Below, one piece after another: positions 58,765 through 64,000 of a DNA stretch of 64,000 bases. Under the pieces are notes generated by a model that was given only the letters and a program-made list of their open reading frames with translations, ran no database searches and was not told the DNA's origin. Source of the DNA: Candidatus Dojkabacteria bacterium (lineage in GTDB: Bacteria > Patescibacteriota > Dojkabacteria > JAHIVN01); assembly GCA_016932045.1 (NCBI GenBank), contig JAFGDO010000032.1:127612-191611 (forward strand). Direction: 5' to 3'. The translations under genes and the position numbers were made by a program. Within the stretch, counting starts at the first letter, position 1. Every line of letters begins with the position of its first letter.

Positions 58765-58871
58765 GACTTATAAACATAATACAAATCAACTTGGTTTGTC
58801 AATTTTATATAAAACGTATAGTTTGTGTAAATACTTACACCCCTAGGAGAAGTGCAAATATACTTACAATT

Positions 58872-61379
58872 CTATTTAGTTATGTCATTATATGCCTCGG
58901 CAAGAGTGGTGTAGATGACCGGACCCGAGTCGGATTTTACATTGTACAGGTCAATGTATTCGTAAGCCGGTTCAAGAATTTTCCGATCTTCACTAAATGC
59001 ATGGGCATGTGAAAGGTATGTAACAACTTTAAATTCTTTCTGAATTCCTTCTGTAAAGTTATCTTGAAATCTTTTTATAAGATCCTCAGTTCGATACAGA
59101 TAAGTGTCAGCTCCATTATTGGGGAACTCCCAGAGATTAAGAGTTGGAGGAGTAGGGGAGTTTTGGTTATTTACTGAGGGTTTAAATGGCTGAGTTGTCG
59201 ATTTTAGATTCCAAGGGGATTGTAGTTTAGTTGATTTAGATCCCCAGATGATAAAGTCTCTTCCGGAAGTGTCAATTAAAAAACCACTGTCCTGAAGAGC
59301 TTTCAGAGTATTTTCGTCTGCACTCCACCCGCCTGCCCTAAATGATGTAGGTGTTCCGAGTCCTTTTTCAGAGAATTTTTTCTTTGACCAAGCAAGGATT
59401 TTCATAAATTCTGGATATGTATAAGCATAGCAAGGTACATCATGGCCATCGTTTATGTAATCTGTCCATTTCGGCTGTGTTCTGAAAGTTACCTGGGACG
59501 CTTCAATAATTTCTCTGTGCATGTGAAGGTGAAGAGCAATTTCATCACCTGCGTATTTTCTCTTTATGATCCAAGAAGTTAGCTGTTCAGCTCTTTCGCT
59601 GCTTATTTTGTCAGAAACATAGATTCTTGGATTGAACATGTGACTTATGGGTAGATTATTGTGCTTTTGAGTAAAATCAACAATTTCTGCAAGTTCTTCA
59701 TCTTTTGTATCTGATCCCTCCCAATCGATTGTCCAAATTACATAAACAGGATATGAAAGGTTAAAGCTTATTTTTTCTGTTTCATAATTTTTTCCGTTAA
59801 CTAGAACGCTAGTTTTCATCTCATACGTCCCTACTTCTAGTGAAGCCAGGTCAATTTCCTGAGTAAATAGTCCGGACTCATTTTTTTGGAGTTCGCCCGT
59901 TACGGTGGTACCTTGTATTTCAAACTTAGGTGGTAGGTCCAGATTATCTACGTTTTTTACTTCAAGTGTATAATTAAGCTTTGAGTACTTTTCGTTGTTT
60001 CCTGTTGTGCCTTTGAGAATCCATTTCCGCTCTATACTAGCGATTAATTCTGGCTCACCAATATTTGTAGTAGCTACGCCCTTTATCTCAGGAGAAAATA
60101 AATTTTGAATATCCGGTGGATCATCTGTATTTACCAGTTGTCTAATGCCAATATATGCGGTAAGGATTGAAGTAATGATAATTGGGAACAGCAATAGAAA
60201 ATACTTTTCTTTTAGTAAATCAGGCTTTTTACGGTGACTTTTCATTCTTAACTTAGGTAATTTAGCTACTTTTTCTATACTTTTAAACTTTTCGAGACCT
60301 ATTTTAGCCTTTTCTGAATAAATTACAAAGTAAGCACTTGCGGTAATTAACACAACGAAAGAGGCAAGTACCTCTGAAACTTGAGGGAAGCGAATACCAA
60401 GCGCAAATTCTGTTATTTGTAATATTAATATATGATAAATGAACAGCGAAAACGCATTGCTTCCAAGGAATATAATGGCCTCCTTTAAGGGTTCAAGTGT
60501 GAAGTTTTTTATTTTGATTTGAATTAAGAAGATTATTGTAATGGCAAAGGAAAGGCCGATAAGTATGAATCCGACTGATGGCGGCCATCTTTGGAATTTC
60601 TCGTCTAAGGGGAATCGGCTAAGAGGTTCAATTAAAGTGAAAAGTGAGAGGAAGATTATAGAGATGAGTGTTATAATAGATAAATTTTGAACCCTTGTTT
60701 TGAGAGTTTTCGTTTTTTTTAGGAGTTGTCCAAGAAGAATGCCAATTAGAAAAATTCCAAGGTATTGTAAGATTGGAAAGCGATACCAGTTTGACTCGCC
60801 GGCAACGAGAGCTTTGTAATATGTCAAAGGTGATGGGAGTGAGATGTGGTAAAGTATATGTCCCAAAAGGTAGGAAATAATTCCAACAGAAAGTGCAAGA
60901 TATTTACTCCTTATTAAAGCACCGATTTTTTTGCGAAAAACGATAACAAGTAGACTGTAGAAGATAAATGGAAGTAAAAATTCTGTATATCCCGGAACCT
61001 TTACAAAAAATATTATTTCAAAGATATTTTTAAGCCATTCGGTTGTTATTGGAAGAGGGAAATCTTTGAGAGAAGAGATAATAGCTGCAAAGTAATACCC
61101 CAAAAGTAATTTGATAATTCTGTTGAAAAATTTTCTCTTTTTCTTTTTCCAGTCTTTTTCAGTAACACTTAGTGCAGAGTAATAGACAGCAGATCCGGAA
61201 ACAAGCAGGAAAGTCGTAAAACATACAGTATCGCCAAGCTTTTGGAGGAAGTTAAGTAAAGAGCTGTTGCTCTCATCAAAAAAAGCAATTGTGTGAGCTA
61301 AAATCATAAGAAAGACGGCTATTCCCCGTAGTATATCAAATGATAATTCACGTTTTTGAGGAGAAGTCCTTTTTCGCAT
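58872..61379 (-). CDS. Membrane acyltransferase-like (DUF1624/OpgC/AT3) domain fused to a polysaccharide-deacetylase-like domain
   Basis: RELSFDILRGIAVFLMILAH, about 10 TMs, RWPPS, LGSNAFSLFIYH; C-terminal TIDWEG, DEIALHLH, SFRAGGW, GFLIDTS. Confidence 0.8.
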   Translation of the reverse strand: MRKRTSPQKRELSFDILRGIAVFLMILAHTIAFFDESNSSLLNFLQKLGDTVCFTTFLLVSGSAVYYSALSVTEKDWKKKKRKFFNRIIKLLLGYYFAAIISSLKDFPLPITTEWLKNIFEIIFFVKVPGYTEFLLPFIFYSLLVIVFRKKIGALIRSKYLALSVGIISYLLGHILYHISLPSPLTYYKALVAGESNWYRFPILQYLGIFLIGILLGQLLKKTKTLKTRVQNLSIITLISIIFLSLFTLIEPLSRFPLDEKFQRWPPSVGFILIGLSFAITIIFLIQIKIKNFTLEPLKEAIIFLGSNAFSLFIYHILILQITEFALGIRFPQVSEVLASFVVLITASAYFVIYSEKAKIGLEKFKSIEKVAKLPKLRMKSHRKKPDLLKEKYFLLLFPIIITSILTAYIGIRQLVNTDDPPDIQNLFSPEIKGVATTNIGEPELIASIERKWILKGTTGNNEKYSKLNYTLEVKNVDNLDLPPKFEIQGTTVTGELQKNESGLFTQEIDLASLEVGTYEMKTSVLVNGKNYETEKISFNLSYPVYVIWTIDWEGSDTKDEELAEIVDFTQKHNNLPISHMFNPRIYVSDKISSERAEQLTSWIIKRKYAGDEIALHLHMHREIIEASQVTFRTQPKWTDYINDGHDVPCYAYTYPEFMKILAWSKKKFSEKGLGTPTSFRAGGWSADENTLKALQDSGFLIDTSGRDFIIWGSKSTKLQSPWNLKSTTQPFKPSVNNQNSPTPPTLNLWEFPNNGADTYLYRTEDLIKRFQDNFTEGIQKEFKVVTYLSHAHAFSEDRKILEPAYEYIDLYNVKSDSGPVIYTTLAEAYNDITK

Positions 61380-61573
61380 TATTCTGATTTAAGACTGAAG
61401 AACTAAAGCCAGAAACTCTCGTCCCTACAAAGTTTTGTGGCTTTTAAATTATATCACAAGAAGAATTGCAAAAATAGGAATTTGTTGGTTATCTATGTCG
61501 CACGGTCATGGACTTTGCATTTAGGAGTTGATCTAAATCATCAACTCGACTAGCTAAGTCATCTAGATCATTC

Positions 61574-63343
61574 TTATTTCAGGTCTTTATATGCTTCCTG
61601 GAGTGTGACGTATAAAACCGGACCTTGATCCAGAGTTACGAGGTGCTGATCTATATAGTTGAAGGTTGGCGTCAGCACTTCAAGATCAGTGTGAATTTGG
61701 TGCGGATGGGAAAGGTAAGTAACTACTTGTGGTTGATTAAGTGGTGCATTGGCATAATTTGCATTAAACCTGTTTGTTAAATCTTCGGATTTAAAAAACC
61801 AGCTGTCGGCTCCATTATTTGTGAGTTCCATAATATTGAAATTCGGTGGAGGAGAGGAGGAGTTTTGGTTTGATTTCGAGGGGTAGTATGGGTGTGTTGT
61901 GGCAGAAAGATTCCAGTAGCCCTTTAATCTATTTGCCCCCCAAACATAACTATCTCTTCCAGATGTATCAATTAAAAAACCATTATTTTCGAGTGCTTGG
62001 AGAACCTTAAGGTCAGCAAACCACCCTCCAGCTCTGAATGAAACTGGACTCGGAAGTCCTTGATTTAAGAATTCATCTTTCGACCAGGAGATGATTTGAG
62101 TGAGTTCCTCAACCGTATAGGCAGTCATGGGAACATCATGTCCATTATTTAAGTAGTTTGTCCATTTGGGCGTTTGTCTTGGAGTTATCCCTGCAGATTG
62201 TACTAGGTCATAATGCATATGCAAATGCATGCCGATTTCATCTCCGCTCATCTGTCTTTGCGTGACCCATTTTGTCAGATCCCGCGTACGTTCTTCCGAT
62301 ACTTCTGATGTAACGTAAATTCTCGGATTAAACATATGGGTTATTGGGACGTTATGTTGAATTGAAAATTCTTCTAGCCTTGCTAGCTCATCGTCTGGAA
62401 CATCTGTTCCTTCCCAGTCCATTGTCCAGGTTATGTATAATGGTTCGGAGATAAAAACATGCGTTTTAGGGCTTTTGTATTCTTCACCTGAAGAGATTAC
62501 AGTAGCCTGAATCTGATAAGAGCCAATGGGTAAGTCACTTACAGCGATTTCTTTCGAGTACCACCCCTTGCCCATAAATTCTAACTCTCCTGTGATACCA
62601 CTTCCTAAAAGTTCATATGTAGGGTATGAGTCGGGAGCTATAGACTCGTCAATTTTTAAGGTATACGTGAGTTGAGAGAATTCAGGGAATTCTTTGGTAT
62701 CTTTCAAGATCCAGTGTCTGCTGACTTCTCCAGCTATCTGCGGGTACACAATTCTGTTTATATAAGCCTTTATATTTTGAGCATAAAGTTTTCCATCAAG
62801 ATCTAGAGGATTTACCTGTGCTGCAGAAGCATTCCCATAATAGAGAAAATAGTTGTCGTCTTTGCTTTTAGATTCAATGTCGGTTTGTGGCAAAAAAAGT
62901 ACTTTTGTTTTGGATGTATTGGGTTCAAGAATACGTATCTGTACTTCTGTGTAAGCGTCATTCTCAAAATATAGAAGCCGCAAATCTCCTCCATCAGCGC
63001 GCGATCGTTTATCATCGACAAACAGTGAGTGGTTAAATTCCAGGGTTATAAGACATTCCTTCGAGAGGGATATAGATTTATTTAGATTCTCAATGGAGAT
63101 TTGCTTAAAGTATGAATACTCATCGCTCCACCAGGGATGGTCGTCTGAGTAATCGTTTAAAATTACAGTTTCAATACTTTCTGGTAAATCTGGAGAACAC
63201 TGTTTGTCGGGTTGTCCAGTTCCACCGCCGTCCTGTCCGAAGAATAGTAGTTTTATAGAGACGACTAGACCGGTTATTGATATTGCAAGTATTATTACTA
63301 CTGTGCAGAAATATTTGTTTTTTAGTAATGGCTTTTTTTCCAT
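61574..63343 (-). CDS. Membrane-anchored DUF2341-like + polysaccharide-deacetylase-like protein
   Basis: TM anchor; WW...Y.YFKQISI, ADGGDLR, YFLYYGN; TMDWEG, DEIGMHLH, SFRAGGW, GFLIDTS; probable start at 63343. Confidence 0.8.
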   Translation of the reverse strand: MEKKPLLKNKYFCTVVIILAISITGLVVSIKLLFFGQDGGGTGQPDKQCSPDLPESIETVILNDYSDDHPWWSDEYSYFKQISIENLNKSISLSKECLITLEFNHSLFVDDKRSRADGGDLRLLYFENDAYTEVQIRILEPNTSKTKVLFLPQTDIESKSKDDNYFLYYGNASAAQVNPLDLDGKLYAQNIKAYINRIVYPQIAGEVSRHWILKDTKEFPEFSQLTYTLKIDESIAPDSYPTYELLGSGITGELEFMGKGWYSKEIAVSDLPIGSYQIQATVISSGEEYKSPKTHVFISEPLYITWTMDWEGTDVPDDELARLEEFSIQHNVPITHMFNPRIYVTSEVSEERTRDLTKWVTQRQMSGDEIGMHLHMHYDLVQSAGITPRQTPKWTNYLNNGHDVPMTAYTVEELTQIISWSKDEFLNQGLPSPVSFRAGGWFADLKVLQALENNGFLIDTSGRDSYVWGANRLKGYWNLSATTHPYYPSKSNQNSSSPPPNFNIMELTNNGADSWFFKSEDLTNRFNANYANAPLNQPQVVTYLSHPHQIHTDLEVLTPTFNYIDQHLVTLDQGPVLYVTLQEAYKDLK

Positions 63344-63390
63344 AATTAGCGATTTCTTTTTTATTATAACGCAGTAGGAAGGAAAGGGGA

Positions 63391-63456
63391 ACACTTCGGC
63401 AGGCTCAGTGTAGACACTTCGGCAAGATTCGACTAACTCATCTCAAGGGCTCAGTG
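63391..63456 (-). repeat. Tandem REP-like palindromes, the second interrupted
   Basis: ACACTTCGGCAGGCTCAGTGT (63391-63411), then ACACTTCGGCAAG-[insert]-GGCTCAGTG. Confidence 0.7.
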
Positions 63457-63510
63457 CAGATTCTTACTGGTGGATATACGGCAGCACAGATTGCTATAAC
63501 TGGCTGGTAA

Positions 63511-63539
63511 TTGTTTAAAATGTGTTGATTTGTTATACT
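63511..63539 (+). promoter_or_regulatory. Putative tRNA promoter
   Basis: TTGTTT-17 nt-TATACT with extended TG. Confidence 0.55.
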
Positions 63540-63576
63540 CAAAAGACATAATATTAAGACAGAAATTGGTTCTAGT

Positions 63577-63667
63577 GGAGAGGTGCCTGAGTGGTTAAAA
63601 GGAACGGTTTGCTAAACCGTCGTACGGCAAACAAGCTGTACCGAGGGTTCGAATCCCTCCCTCTCCG
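63577..63667 (+). tRNA. tRNA-Ser (anticodon GCT)
   Basis: Acceptor GGAGAGG/CCTCTCC, discriminator G, anticodon arm ACGGT-TTGCTAA-ACCGT, long variable arm, T-arm GAGGG-TTCGAAT-CCCTC; CCA not encoded. Confidence 0.97.
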
Positions 63668-63809
63668 TTCGATTCGTCACGCAAGGCATGATTCACTCAC
63701 GGCAGGCCGTTCTTTGAGTCTTTGGCTTAGCCGAGCTGAAGTCCAGGCTCACCACAAGGTGAGATTGTTAAACTATTGAAAAAGTAATGGATGAAGAACT
63801 CTGAAGGAT

Positions 63810-63895
63810 GGTTCGCCTGCCTTGTGAAGCTGAACAGAGTGGAGTGCAGTGCAGAAGGGAATCCCTGTCTGCCGACAGGCAGGCCTCCCTCTCAG
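63810..63895 (+). repeat. Interrupted duplicate of the tRNA-Ser 3' end
   Basis: GGTTCG + [44 nt] + AATC + [CCTGTCTGCCGACAGGCAGG] + CCTCCCTCTCAG reconstitutes 21 of 22 nt of tRNA positions 63646-63667. Confidence 0.7.
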
Positions 63896-64000
63896 TTTGT
63901 TGAAATAATGTGTATCTTTTATTTATAATTTAATAATTGTCACTTAAAATGGTCCAAAATCAAGAAGAAACAAAAGTCCCAGTAGGGGAGCTCCCCCGAA

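Noticed and set aside
63391-63460. Repeated ACACTTCGGCA units as a possible mini CRISPR array
   Set aside because: Only two units with no regular spacer; they belong to the dispersed palindrome family.
63591-63779. 62-aa ORF
   Set aside because: Overlaps tRNA-Ser and palindromic repeats.
1-64000. Alternative genetic code (TGA read-through as in Gracilibacteria/Absconditabacteria)
   Set aside because: Conserved genes are full length under code 11 and several end in TGA at the expected position (for example trxA and the CoA ligase).

Overview
AT-rich bacterial chromosome segment containing the replication origin: dnaA-dnaN on the minus strand, DnaA boxes on both sides of dnaA, and a Bacillus-like unwinding motif just upstream of dnaN. 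Gene content and organisation (no recF/gyrB after dnaN, duplicated MurF-type ligases with FemAB proteins, sortases, 2-oxoacid:ferredoxin oxidoreductase plus ADP-forming acetate-CoA ligase, few Shine-Dalgarno sites, many orphan membrane-anchored proteins) suggest a Patescibacteria/CPR genome; this is inference, not a database result. Housekeeping genes include trmD, prmC, adk, rpsO, trxA, ftsQ-like/ftsA/ftsZ, rpoD and tRNA-Ser(GCT). The most notable items are: (1) a cobalamin riboswitch with promoter and terminator upstream of a DUF4430-like protein and a solitary ECF S-component-like gene; (2) a complete but split AmmeMemoRadiSam system; (3) a family of small palindromic repeats and degenerate 7/8-mer tandem repeats that also sit in-frame inside genes and interrupt a duplicated tRNA 3' end; (4) a surface-glycan/cell-wall cluster with an acyltransferase-deacetylase fusion, a C39 peptidase and an atypical sortase-fold lipoprotein. 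No CRISPR array, rRNA, transposase or integrase was seen. All family assignments are from motif recognition by eye.
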